A DNA stretch of 64,000 nucleotides from positions 2,529 to 66,528 of IMG/VR virus record IMGVR_UViG_2859180793_000001, one strand, 5' to 3'. Of the stretch, positions 52,345 to 61,239 are shown piece after piece. The notes below the pieces were generated by a model. It did no database searches. It worked only from the letters and a program-made list of their open reading frames with translations, and was not told the origin of the DNA. Numbering within the stretch: position 1 is the stretch's first letter; every line of letters starts with the position of its first letter. The position numbers were made by a program, and so were the translations under genes. The DNA comes from a virus. Taxonomy: Duplodnaviria > Heunggongvirae > Uroviricota > Caudoviricetes.

Positions 52345-52986
52345 ATGTCGCAATTCCCGACGGTGGACCCGAAGCTGTTGCGCCACAACCCGTGGAACAC
52401 CAACGTCGTGTCGCCGGACAACGAGGCCAAGCTGGACGAATCGGTCGAGCGGCTGGGCATGTTCAAGCCGATCATCGTGCGCGAGCTGCCCGACGGCACG
52501 CTGGAAATCCTGGGCGGGGCACACCGCCGCGATGCTGCGATTCGCAAGAAGTTGGCCTCTGTTCCGATCATGAATCTGGGTCGCATCTCTGACCAGCGGG
52601 CCAAAGAAATCAGCCTCGTGGACAACGGCCGCTACGGCGCGGACGACACGCTGCGCCTGGCAGAGCTGCTGGATGGTTTGGGCAATCCCGACGAGCTGTC
52701 GAAGTTCATGCCCTACACCGACGCCGACTTCGCGTCGATCTTCTCGTCAGTGAGTATTGCGCTGGACGAGCTAGACATACCCGATGACGACGAGCCCGCG
52801 ACGCATTTGCCCACCGAAAAGAAGGTGCAGACGCACCAGATCATGCGGTTCAAGGTGCCGGTGGAGGACGTGGGTCGGGTGACAGACGTGATCGAACGGA
52901 TCATGAAGACCCAGCGCTTCACAGAAGAGGACAGCCTCACCAATGCCGGCAACGCGCTGGTCCACCTCTGCACCAGGGGAGCGTGA
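52345..52986 (+). CDS. ParB-like nuclease domain protein
   Basis: LEILGGAHRRDAA is a ParB/sulfiredoxin-fold motif. 213 aa. Confidence 0.6.
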   Translation: MSQFPTVDPKLLRHNPWNTNVVSPDNEAKLDESVERLGMFKPIIVRELPDGTLEILGGAHRRDAAIRKKLASVPIMNLGRISDQRAKEISLVDNGRYGADDTLRLAELLDGLGNPDELSKFMPYTDADFASIFSSVSIALDELDIPDDDEPATHLPTEKKVQTHQIMRFKVPVEDVGRVTDVIERIMKTQRFTEEDSLTNAGNALVHLCTRGA

Positions 52987-53161
52987 GTTGGCTCGCTGTG
53001 ACCACCCCTTTCCCGAGTGCCAGACCTGTGCGAACCGCGAGTTCGATCCGCAGCAGTGCGACAGCTGTGTGGACGGCTCCAATTACGAGTTCGACGACGA
53101 GGATTACCTGACCATTCAGCATTTCCTGCAACCCTTCATGAAGCTCAAGGAAGCTGCATGA
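52943..53161 (+). CDS. small Cys4 zinc-finger protein
   Basis: CDHPFPECQTC...CDSC. The true start may be TTG at about 52988, after the upstream stop. Confidence 0.35.
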   Translation: MPATRWSTSAPGERELARCDHPFPECQTCANREFDPQQCDSCVDGSNYEFDDEDYLTIQHFLQPFMKLKEAA

Positions 53162-53805
53162 CCGAGACCAAGCCCAACATCCAGTCGTGGGACATTGCGC
53201 GGCTGACCCCCTACGACAAAAACGTCAAGAAGCACGACGCCGCGCAGGTGTCGAAGATCGCCGAGTCGATCCGCCGCTTCAAGTGGACGCAACCGATCGT
53301 GGTCGACCGCAATGGCGTGATTATCAATGGCCACGGCCGGCGCCTGGCCGCCATCGAGCTGGGGCTCACGCAGGTGCCAGTGTGGGTGCGCGATGACCTG
53401 ACCGACGAGGAAGTGCGTGCCGCGCGCCTGGCGGACAACCGGGTCGCGCTGTCGGACATTGACGCCGACATGCTCCAGGAGGAGCTGGCCGCCTTGAATC
53501 TGGATCTCACCGGGATCTTCGACGACAAGGAGCTGAACTTCCTGACCGCCGATCTGGGCGAGATGAACGAAAGCGCGTTCGTGGACGACCTTGAAGCGGA
53601 GATTGCCGAGCAGGTGGCGGAGACCAAGCGCGAGATCGAGGCCACCGACGTGCGCGACGTGAAGATCGCCAAGGCGCTGGGCTTTTCCTCGATCCGAGGC
53701 AAGGACGAGCGCGTCGTCGCACGCTTCATGGCTGCCGCCGAGGCCGAGACTGGTCTCATGGGTGCGGACGCCTTCATCGCACACCTCAAAACGCTGGCCG
53801 GCTGA
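53158..53805 (+). CDS. ParB-like N-terminal domain protein
   Basis: ATGA overlap with the upstream gene. IVVDRNGVIINGHGRRLAAIELGL is a ParB-Nterm motif. Confidence 0.6.
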   Translation: MTETKPNIQSWDIARLTPYDKNVKKHDAAQVSKIAESIRRFKWTQPIVVDRNGVIINGHGRRLAAIELGLTQVPVWVRDDLTDEEVRAARLADNRVALSDIDADMLQEELAALNLDLTGIFDDKELNFLTADLGEMNESAFVDDLEAEIAEQVAETKREIEATDVRDVKIAKALGFSSIRGKDERVVARFMAAAEAETGLMGADAFIAHLKTLAG

Positions 53806-53809
53806 TACC

Positions 53810-53828
53810 AGTCAGCATTGACTATCAA
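53810..53828 (+). promoter_or_regulatory. palindromic promoter-like element AGTCAGCATTGACT+ATCAAC
   Basis: 5 nt before ATG 53833. Confidence 0.5.
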
Positions 53829-53832
53829 CGCC

Positions 53833-53943
53833 ATGACGACTTTTCTCGTGATCGCCTTCGTCGCGCTGATTGCGCTGCTGCTGGCGATTGCTGGGGTGAG
53901 CACCTGGGCCTTCTTCAACATCGACAAGTTCACGATCGGATGA
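53833..53943 (+). CDS. tiny membrane protein (36 aa)
   Basis: MTTFLVIAFVALIALLLAIAGVSTWAFFNIDKFTIG. ATGA overlap with the next gene. Below the ORF-track length cutoff. Confidence 0.3.
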   Translation: MTTFLVIAFVALIALLLAIAGVSTWAFFNIDKFTIG

Positions 53944-54590
53944 TTTATACCGTCAACAAGCGCTTTACATCGAGCGTAGAGCGCACAGAGCGCGTCCTTG
54001 AAGTCGCAGAGGGGTTCGGGCTCGGGCTCGACGACAAGGAGTTCGTCGTGTTCGACAACCAGCCCATCGAGGTCAACCAGGGTGACGTGTGCTACGTGAC
54101 CGGCCAGTCCGGCTCGGGCAAGTCCACCGTGCTGCGCGAACTGAAGGCTCAAATGGAAGCCGAGGGCCTGAAGGTCGCCGACATTGACGCCGTGCAGCTT
54201 CTGGACAGGCCGCTGATCGACCAGATCGGCACGAGCACCCAGGAGGCGCTGGGCCTGCTGTCGATCGCGGGCTTGAATGACGCCTACCTCTTCATCCGCA
54301 AGCCGTCGGAGCTATCTGACGGCCAGCGCTACCGCTTCCGCCTGGCCAAGCTCATCGAGAGCGGGGCGGGCGTGTGGGTCGCTGACGAATTTCTGGCCGT
54401 GGTCGATCGCATCACAGCCAAGGTGATCGCCTTCAACCTGCAAAAGGTGGCCCGCCAGCGCGGCGCCACGCTCATCGTTGCCACGACGCACCGTGACCTG
54501 CGGGACGACCTGGCACCCAACCTCTACATCGAAAAGCGCTACCGGGAAAAGATCGAGACCGTCCGCGCGCCTGAAGGATTCAAGGAATGA
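53940..54590 (+). CDS. ABC-type ATPase domain protein
   Basis: Walker A GQSGSGKST. Signature-like LSDGQRYRFRLA. Walker B VWVADEF. Confidence 0.6.
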   Translation: MIYTVNKRFTSSVERTERVLEVAEGFGLGLDDKEFVVFDNQPIEVNQGDVCYVTGQSGSGKSTVLRELKAQMEAEGLKVADIDAVQLLDRPLIDQIGTSTQEALGLLSIAGLNDAYLFIRKPSELSDGQRYRFRLAKLIESGAGVWVADEFLAVVDRITAKVIAFNLQKVARQRGATLIVATTHRDLRDDLAPNLYIEKRYREKIETVRAPEGFKE

Positions 54591-54931
54591 CCACCATCAA
54601 CACCTCCGCAGCAACCTTTGAGCAAGACGTGATCGAGCCGGCCAAGGACGGCCCTGTCGTGGTTGCGTTCACCGCCGACTGGTGCGGTCCCTGCAAGCTG
54701 CTCAAGCCCAAGCTGATCGAGCTGGCCACGGCCTGGGAATTCCGCCTGGCCGTCGTCAATGCTGGCGTGGACCGTGAGCTTGCCGCTGCCTATGGTGTGC
54801 GCGGCGTGCCCACGGTGCTCGTGCTTGAGAGCGGCGCCGAGCGTCTGCGCTTCAGCGGCGACCGCGCCGAAAGCGAGCTGAAGAAGTTGCTCCGCGCTGA
54901 AGGACTCGCCCAAACCGAACTGGAGTTCTGA
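54587..54931 (+). CDS. thioredoxin
   Basis: WCGPCK active site. 114 aa. Confidence 0.8.
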   Translation: MTTINTSAATFEQDVIEPAKDGPVVVAFTADWCGPCKLLKPKLIELATAWEFRLAVVNAGVDRELAAAYGVRGVPTVLVLESGAERLRFSGDRAESELKKLLRAEGLAQTELEF

Positions 54932-55049
54932 CATGCCGCTCGCGCTCTACTTGCCGATCTTCCTCACCGTCGTGCTGAGTGCCTGGGCCAATGGCCACCG
55001 CAAGCGCCGCGATGACGACGACTGGCCGAGCGGGGCAGCGAGCGCATGA
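54932..55049 (+). CDS. tiny membrane protein (38 aa)
   Basis: MPLALYLPIFLTVVLSAWANGHRKRRDDDDWPSGAASA. ATGA overlap with the next gene. Confidence 0.3.
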
Positions 55050-55423
55050 GCTGGCTGGAACTGGCGGCGCTGGCAGGCGCCACCTTCTTTTCGGTGTTCC
55101 TGATGGGCATCCAGTCCCGGAACGTCAACCAGGGCCGCTACCTCGCATCCGTGGTCACTTCCTTCGGCATCAGCGCGGGCAACTTCACGTTCGCGCGCTA
55201 CGCCTCGACTGGAAGCATGACCGCATTCCTCACGAGCGCCGCCGGCGGCATGGCCGGCATCGCGTTCGCAATCTGGTTTTACCAACGATTTATGGAGAAG
55301 CGTCATGGCCGCCAACCCAAAGACCAAGCCGCCGGTCAACCCGATCAAGACCGTCGCCGACAAGCTGAACAAGGCCAACGGCAAGCCGCTGGACATTTCG
55401 AAAACCAAGGCGCCGCTGCGTGA
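55046..55423 (+). CDS. membrane protein (3 TM helices); 3' end ambiguous
   Basis: The hydrophobic part ends near 55300. The tail overlaps the alternative-frame ORF 55306..55464 (MAANPKTKPPVNPIKTVADKLNKANGKPLDISK..., with a GGAG RBS). Confidence 0.35.
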   Translation: MSWLELAALAGATFFSVFLMGIQSRNVNQGRYLASVVTSFGISAGNFTFARYASTGSMTAFLTSAAGGMAGIAFAIWFYQRFMEKRHGRQPKDQAAGQPDQDRRRQAEQGQRQAAGHFENQGAAA

Positions 55424-55459
55424 TTCGGGCACGACGCTGCCGCCGCTCGTGAAGGGGAA

Positions 55460-55723
55460 GTGATGCTGACATTCGGAGCCGCAATTGAGGCCCTCAAGCA
55501 GGGCAAGCGCACGTGCCGCACAGGCTGGAACGGCAAGGGCATGTGGCTCGCGCTCGTGCTCGGCTACGACTACAACCCGCAGGCTGATCGCGGCACCGTG
55601 CATGCGCTCGGCTGCGAGAAGCTGCCCTGGATCGGCATGAAGACGGCCGACAACAAGTTCGTGCCGTGGCTTGCCTCGCAGACCGACGTGCTCGCCGAAG
55701 ACTGGCAAATCCTGGAGCCCTGA
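55460..55723 (+). CDS. DUF2829-like protein (Tad2-like Thoeris anti-defence candidate)
   Basis: FGAAIEALKQGKRTCRTGWNGKGMWLALV ... PWLASQTDVLAEDWQIL recalls the DUF2829 pattern (ea.kalk.GkkvrR.GWngkg ... W.psq.D.la.DW). 87 aa. Confidence 0.5.
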   Translation: MMLTFGAAIEALKQGKRTCRTGWNGKGMWLALVLGYDYNPQADRGTVHALGCEKLPWIGMKTADNKFVPWLASQTDVLAEDWQILEP

Positions 55724-55724
55724 C

Positions 55725-56636
55725 ATGGTTGTCGCTGACAGCGAGGACGTGCTCATCGAGCGGCATCCCACGCCCAAGCGGCACATGCTGTCGCTGCTGC
55801 CGGACATTTACGTCGAGGCGGGCACCAAGGCGGACTGGGATCTGCTCCATGAGCTGCACTACAAGGCCGAGAGCCTACCCATCGGACCGCGTTTCTTCCG
55901 CTGCGTCATGCATGGTCAGACGATCGGGGTGGGCGTCATGTCCATCACGACGATGCTGTCCGCCGGCCGCAACGAAGCATTCACCTACCTGCGTCCCAAC
56001 GTAGGCGGCAAGGACAGCCGCATGATCAATCAGCACCGCGCCAACTGGATGAACGAGTTCGCCTGCTGCAACTCGCGCCTGGTGCTGGACACTATGTTCC
56101 GTGGCGCTGGGATCTCCTACCGCATGCAGAACCTGATGATGCGCATGTCGGGCAAGCGGGTGATCGAATTCCAGTCGTCGATGAGCAAGTTCAACCCATT
56201 CGCGGCCAAGGCGGGCATTCGCTTCACGAAGCCGCGCAAAGCGGCCAAGTATGGGGCGGGCCTGGCGTTCTTCCGCCGTTGGTTCGAGTGTGTGCCGTCG
56301 GACTACGTGGGCGTGATGGAAGAGCTGGAGGCCATGCCGGCGGCTGTGCGCGACAAGTGCGTGACCGAGATGCGGGCCTTCTACTACGCCAATTCGAGCC
56401 GCGAGAAGTCCGGCAACCAGCGCTTTGACGCTCGTGAGCGGGTGGCCACGATGGAAGTGGGCCGCCTGCTGAAGAAGCTCCAGCAGCTCGTGTTCGCCAG
56501 CCCGCTCTACGGCACTTACGAGAACCCTGACTACGACCTCCAAAGCGGCCCACGCGAGCTGCCCCCTCGATTGCCCCTGTTGGCGTTCGACAATCAGCCC
56601 GTAGACGCGCCGCTCGACCTTTCCAAGATCAGCTGA
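55725..56636 (+). CDS. GNAT-like acetyltransferase-fold protein
   Basis: FRGAGISYRMQNLMM matches the GNAT motif-A core R-x-x-G-x-[GA]. FNPFAAKAGIRF also fits. Start 2 nt after the upstream stop. Confidence 0.4.
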   Translation: MVVADSEDVLIERHPTPKRHMLSLLPDIYVEAGTKADWDLLHELHYKAESLPIGPRFFRCVMHGQTIGVGVMSITTMLSAGRNEAFTYLRPNVGGKDSRMINQHRANWMNEFACCNSRLVLDTMFRGAGISYRMQNLMMRMSGKRVIEFQSSMSKFNPFAAKAGIRFTKPRKAAKYGAGLAFFRRWFECVPSDYVGVMEELEAMPAAVRDKCVTEMRAFYYANSSREKSGNQRFDARERVATMEVGRLLKKLQQLVFASPLYGTYENPDYDLQSGPRELPPRLPLLAFDNQPVDAPLDLSKIS

Positions 56637-56638
56637 CC

Positions 56639-57010
56639 ATGCACCTGACCGTCAAACAGATCGAACTGATGCGCGTAATCGGCGCGGGCAACCCCGACGG
56701 GTCGCCGGCGGACCTGGATCAAGTCCTGGAGCGCCTGAGCTACGAGACGACCAAGGCATCGCTCCAATTCTCGATCCGCGCGCTCATCAAGCACGGGTTG
56801 ATTGAGAAGGGCACACGCGAGAAGCGGCGGGGCCGCCAGCGGGTGCTCCTGCTCATTACGCCGGCCGGAAGCATGCACGTGCGCCCGACGGGGACTGTTG
56901 GGGCCGCCGCTGTCGTTGTCTCGGAAGAGCAGGACCGAGCCGAACAGACTCTTTCCGCGCTTGCTGGAGAAGAGTATGTCGATGCGGCCGACGAGTTTCT
57001 TGAGCCGTGA
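56639..57010 (+). CDS. winged-helix DNA-binding protein
   Basis: LSYETTKASLQFSIRALIKHGLIEKGTREKRRGRQRVLLLITPAG is PadR/MarR-like wHTH. Confidence 0.45.
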   Translation: MHLTVKQIELMRVIGAGNPDGSPADLDQVLERLSYETTKASLQFSIRALIKHGLIEKGTREKRRGRQRVLLLITPAGSMHVRPTGTVGAAAVVVSEEQDRAEQTLSALAGEEYVDAADEFLEP

Positions 57011-57079
57011 GCCCAACTTGGGCCGTCTTGGGCTTTCCGTGCGTTCCCGTCAAAGAATAAAACAACAAAGAAAGAAGTT

Positions 57080-57460
57080 ATGAGTATTGAAGATATTGAC
57101 GGGAACGCGGCTCCGACCCAAGTAGGGCCCAACTTCATTCCTGGAACCCGGGCGGATGCGGAAATCGCGCGGCGCTTGGGCTTCAAGGTGGAGATCCAGG
57201 ACGGCCTCGTGAAGATCTGGGAGCGCGGCGCTCCGTGCCTGCACGACAACTGGAGCGTCGGCCCCACCTACTGCGAGCACGACGACCTCACCACCGAGCT
57301 GCTGGAAGAGCGCGGTATCACGCCCCAGGTGCTCGCCGACGATGCGGGGTGCTGGTTCTGCGTGTTCGAGCGCAATGGCGAGCTTCTGCGCACGCCCTCG
57401 TTCGAAACCGACGCATTCGCAATCGCGTGCGCGCTCGACTTCGTTCTTTCCAGTGAATGA
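57080..57460 (+). CDS. hypothetical protein (126 aa)
   Basis: ORF only. No recognisable domain. Confidence 0.45.
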   Translation: MSIEDIDGNAAPTQVGPNFIPGTRADAEIARRLGFKVEIQDGLVKIWERGAPCLHDNWSVGPTYCEHDDLTTELLEERGITPQVLADDAGCWFCVFERNGELLRTPSFETDAFAIACALDFVLSSE

Positions 57461-57462
57461 AT

Positions 57463-57481
57463 AGTCAGCACTGACTTGACA
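57463..57481 (+). promoter_or_regulatory. palindromic element AGTCAGCACTGACT followed by TTGACA ... TACAGT
   Basis: Possible sigma-70-like -35/-10 pair (17-bp spacer) just before the terminator. Confidence 0.45.
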
Positions 57482-57531
57482 TAGGATGCCGGGGCGGATA
57501 CAGTGGCGCCACAACTCCGGTTATCTCCAAT

Positions 57532-57562
57532 AGGGCGCTCACCTTTCGCGCCCTTTTTTTTT
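57532..57562 (+). terminator. rho-independent terminator before the packaging genes
   Basis: GGGCGC-tcaccttt-CGCGCCC hairpin followed by TTTTTTTTT. Confidence 0.7.
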
Positions 57563-57591
57563 AACCGCAGAACCCAACCAGGCAAACAGCA

Positions 57592-58239
57592 GTGAGCAAG
57601 GCAACCAAGACAACCACCGCTCCGAAGAGCAAGTATGCGCGCCTCACGCCGAAGCAGTGGGCCGAGGCGGAAGCTCTGTGGGAGTCCGGCGAGGTCACGC
57701 TCGACGACCTGGCTGCCCGCTTCGGGAAAAACCGCTCCGTCTTCTCCAACCACTTCGCCAAGACCGGCATCACCAAGGGGGCCAAGAGCGAGGCGAACAA
57801 GCGCCGTGTCGCCGAAGAGGTCGCCAAGGCGGCTATCTCCGACTCGACGGTGCTGGCCGCGCGGATCAAGGAGACCAAGGAGGAGCACTACAAGATGGCC
57901 ACCGCGCTGGCCAAGCTCACCTGGAACGAGATCCTCCAGGCGAAGAACGACGCGCGGCCGTTCTCCACGGCGATGAACAACCTCAAGGCGCTGGACAACG
58001 CCATGACCGTGCTGAAGAAAGCGCGGGAGGAGCGTTATGCCGTGCTGGGCCTGGACCGCGATGACCACGTGGACGAGAACGGGTTGCCGGAGCTGGTGAT
58101 CTCCGAACTGACCGCCGAGCAGGTCGAGGCGCTGCGCTCGCGCGATGAGGACGAGATCGACACTGACGTGGAGCTGACGGACGGTCCACCGCCGGCAGAG
58201 ACCACAGGCGAGGACGACATTGTGCAGGAGGGTGACTGA
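57592..58239 (+). CDS. terminase small subunit
   Basis: GTG start. N-terminal HTH ARLTPKQWAEAEALWESGEVTLDDLAARFG. Acidic C-terminus. Directly upstream of the large terminase. Confidence 0.6.
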   Translation: MSKATKTTTAPKSKYARLTPKQWAEAEALWESGEVTLDDLAARFGKNRSVFSNHFAKTGITKGAKSEANKRRVAEEVAKAAISDSTVLAARIKETKEEHYKMATALAKLTWNEILQAKNDARPFSTAMNNLKALDNAMTVLKKAREERYAVLGLDRDDHVDENGLPELVISELTAEQVEALRSRDEDEIDTDVELTDGPPPAETTGEDDIVQEGD

Positions 58240-59507
58240 TGGCTGCGCCAGCCAAGTCGCTCTCGCTGCACAAGAAGCAGATGGAGGTCTACAGCTCGAA
58301 GCACCGCTTCCGGGTTGTGGTGGCCGGCCGCCGCTGGGGCAAGACGGCGCTCTCGCGCGTGCTCATCATCAAGATGGCACAGGTGAAGAAGCGCAAGATT
58401 TGGTATGTGGCGCCGACCTACCGGATGGCCAAGCAGATCATGTGGATCGACCTGCTCGACGCCATTCCGAAGGCATGGATTCGCAAAGTCAACGAGACCA
58501 CGCTGACCATCACCCTGGTGAACCAGACCCGCATCGAGCTGAAAGGCGCTGACAAGCCTGACTCGCTGCGCGGCGTCGGTATCCACTTCCTCGTGCTGGA
58601 CGAGTTCCAGGACATGAACGAGGAGACCTGGACCCAGGTGCTGCGCCCGACGCTGGCCGACACCGGCGGCCATGCCATCTTCATCGGCACGCCCAAGGCA
58701 TACAACTACCTGCACACGGTCTACCAGTTGGGCCAGCGCGGCGCGACCTACGTGGATGCGCGCGGGCGCACGCGGGTGAACGAGTGGATGAGCTGGCAGT
58801 TCCCCACCATCACCTCGCCGTTCATCCCCGTCAGCGAACTGGAAGCCGCGCGCCGCGACATGGACGAGAAGTCGTTCAAGCAGGAGTTCGAGGCGTCCTT
58901 CGAGACCATGAGCGGCCGGGTCTACTACCCTTTCGACCGCGCCGTGCATGTCGGCAAGTATCCGTTCAACCCGAAGCTGCCCATCTGGATCGGCATGGAC
59001 TTCAACATCGACCCCATGTCGACGGTGATTTTCCAGCCGCAGCCCAGCGGCGAGCTGTGGGCGGTCGACGAGATCGTCCAGTTCGGCTCGAATACCGAGG
59101 AGATCTGCGAGGCGATCGACGCGAAGTATTGGCGCCACCAGAACCAGATCGTCATTTACCCCGATCCGGCGGGCGGTCAGCGCCAGCACGCGCGGGGCGA
59201 GACCGACCTGGACATTCTGCGAGAGAAGGGCTTCCGGCGCATCAAATACCGCCGCAAGCACCCGCTGGTGGCCGACCGGGTGAACGCGGTCAACCGGATG
59301 CTGCGCTCGGCCGACAACACCGTGCGCCTGCGCATCGACGAGGGCTGCAAGCACTTCATCAAGAGCCTGGAGCAGACCATCTACAAGCCTGGCTCGCGCG
59401 ACGTGGACAAAGCCGCCGGCACCGAGCACTCGGCTGACGCCGCTGGCTATTGCATCGACCTGGAATTCCCGGTGCGCCGCATCGAGGTTGGTGGCCTGTC
59501 CGTTTAA
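58239..59507 (+). CDS. terminase large subunit
   Basis: Walker A AGRRWGKT. Walker B LVLDEF. C-terminal RNase-H-like nuclease region. Confidence 0.85.
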   Translation: MAAPAKSLSLHKKQMEVYSSKHRFRVVVAGRRWGKTALSRVLIIKMAQVKKRKIWYVAPTYRMAKQIMWIDLLDAIPKAWIRKVNETTLTITLVNQTRIELKGADKPDSLRGVGIHFLVLDEFQDMNEETWTQVLRPTLADTGGHAIFIGTPKAYNYLHTVYQLGQRGATYVDARGRTRVNEWMSWQFPTITSPFIPVSELEAARRDMDEKSFKQEFEASFETMSGRVYYPFDRAVHVGKYPFNPKLPIWIGMDFNIDPMSTVIFQPQPSGELWAVDEIVQFGSNTEEICEAIDAKYWRHQNQIVIYPDPAGGQRQHARGETDLDILREKGFRRIKYRRKHPLVADRVNAVNRMLRSADNTVRLRIDEGCKHFIKSLEQTIYKPGSRDVDKAAGTEHSADAAGYCIDLEFPVRRIEVGGLSV

Positions 59508-59518
59508 CTTGTCATTAA

Positions 59519-59537
59519 AGTCAATACTGACTATCAT
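59519..59537 (+). promoter_or_regulatory. palindromic promoter-like element AGTCAATACTGACT+ATCATT
   Basis: 9 nt before the portal ATG at 59546. Confidence 0.5.
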
Positions 59538-59545
59538 TGCCCGCC

Positions 59546-61168
59546 ATGAACACACTCCAGCCTGGCACCGTCGGAACCTTCGATCCGGTCGAAGCCACCA
59601 ACTCGACGCCCGTCGCCCCGCAAGGGGACGACCAGAAGCGCCTGCGCCGGCTGGTGAGCCGCCGGCACCCCGAATACGACGAAATGCTGCTCCACTGGGA
59701 ATTCCTGGAGGAGACGTATTCGGGCGGGCGTGAGTGGTTTGACTCGAACATCTTCCGCTACATCAAGGAAGGCGATAAGGAATACAACGATCGCCTGCGT
59801 CGCTGCTACCGGTTCAACCACACCCGCGAGGTGGTGGACCTGGTGGACAAATACCTGTTCAAGCAGAACATCACCCGCAACGAGGACGACGCGCCGCAGT
59901 GCGTGAAGGACTTCTGGAAGCGATCGACTCGCAACGGCCTGTCGATCGAGGAGTTCATGCGCCAGAACTCCAAGAAGGCGTCCATCGGCGGGCGCATCGG
60001 CATCGTGGTCGACACTACGGCCAGCCCGATCGTGATCAGCAAGGCAGAAGAGCGCGCCGCCGGCGTGCAGACCTATGCCTACGCGGTCGGCCCCGAGCAG
60101 TTGCTGGACTACTCCTTTGACAGCAAGGGCAACCTGAACTGGATTCTCATCAAGGAGTGCAAGCGCGACGACGAAGATCCCTTCGAGTCTTCGGGCGACG
60201 AGATCGAGCGCTTCCGCCTGTGGACCCAGAACGACTGGAAGCTCTACGAGGAGCAAGGCACCGGTCGCCGCAAGAAGATCGTGCTGGTCGACTCGGGCGC
60301 GCACAACCTTGGCGAAGTGCCGGTCATCCTGGCAGACAACATCATCAGCGACGAGCCGTATTGCTCGCCCGCGATGATCGACGACATTGCCTACCTGGAC
60401 CGCGCCGTTGCCAACTACCTGAGCAACCTGGACGCGATCATTCAGGACCAGACCTTTTCGCAGTTGGCCATGCCGGCGCAGAACATGCTGCCTGGTGAGG
60501 ACAACTACACGAAGCTGTTGGAGATGGGCACCAAGCGCGTGTTCCTCTACGACGGCGAGGGCGGCGCGCAGCCGTTCTACCTCTCCCCGGACCCCAAGCA
60601 GGCCGAGCTGATCCTCGCGGCGATCCACAAGATCATCAACGAGATCTACCACACGGTCGGCCTGGCCGGGGAGCGCACCAAGTCGGACAACTCGCTCGGG
60701 ATCGACAACTCTTCCGGCGTTGCCAAGGCTTACGACTTCGAGCGAGTGAATGCTCTGTTGGCGGCCAAGGCAGACAGCCTGGAGGTGGTCGAGAACAAGA
60801 TCGCCCGTCTGGTGGCGCTCTGGAACGGCGAAGAGAGCCGCGTGACGGACGAGCTGGTCTCCTACCCGGATGACTTCGACACGCGCGGGCTCTACGACGA
60901 GTTCGACATTGCGGCACGCTTGTCGCTCATCGGTGCGCCGGACGCGATCCAGCAGCAACAGATGCGCGCAGTGCTCGACAAGCTGTTCCCGCAGCTGGCC
61001 AAGGATCTGCGTGCCGAGATGGAGAAGCAGCTCAAGAAGTGGCCGGCGGACCCCGCCCAGACCACGGACGGCGGCAACTCCGCAGGCACGCCGCCCAAAC
61101 AGGACTCGACGCCGAAGCAGCCTGGCGACAACCGCCAGGGGCAGGTGACGAAATCCACCCCGCAGTAA
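59546..61168 (+). CDS. portal protein
   Basis: About 540 aa, directly after the terminase. ATG 59546 is used; the ORF track begins at TTG 59537. Confidence 0.7.
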   Translation: MNTLQPGTVGTFDPVEATNSTPVAPQGDDQKRLRRLVSRRHPEYDEMLLHWEFLEETYSGGREWFDSNIFRYIKEGDKEYNDRLRRCYRFNHTREVVDLVDKYLFKQNITRNEDDAPQCVKDFWKRSTRNGLSIEEFMRQNSKKASIGGRIGIVVDTTASPIVISKAEERAAGVQTYAYAVGPEQLLDYSFDSKGNLNWILIKECKRDDEDPFESSGDEIERFRLWTQNDWKLYEEQGTGRRKKIVLVDSGAHNLGEVPVILADNIISDEPYCSPAMIDDIAYLDRAVANYLSNLDAIIQDQTFSQLAMPAQNMLPGEDNYTKLLEMGTKRVFLYDGEGGAQPFYLSPDPKQAELILAAIHKIINEIYHTVGLAGERTKSDNSLGIDNSSGVAKAYDFERVNALLAAKADSLEVVENKIARLVALWNGEESRVTDELVSYPDDFDTRGLYDEFDIAARLSLIGAPDAIQQQQMRAVLDKLFPQLAKDLRAEMEKQLKKWPADPAQTTDGGNSAGTPPKQDSTPKQPGDNRQGQVTKSTPQ

Positions 61169-61177
61169 TCCCAACCC

Positions 61178-61202
61178 GCCGGCAAGAGACTGCCGGCTTT
61201 TT
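61178..61202 (+). terminator. rho-independent terminator after portal
   Basis: GCCGGCA-agagac-TGCCGGC hairpin followed by TTTTTC. Confidence 0.65.
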
Positions 61203-61239
61203 CACACGACCCAGAGACCGGTCGAAAGGCAAATAACCC

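Noticed and set aside
59534-61174. 546-aa minus-strand ORF
   Set aside because: Antisense to the portal gene, which sits between the terminase and scaffold genes.
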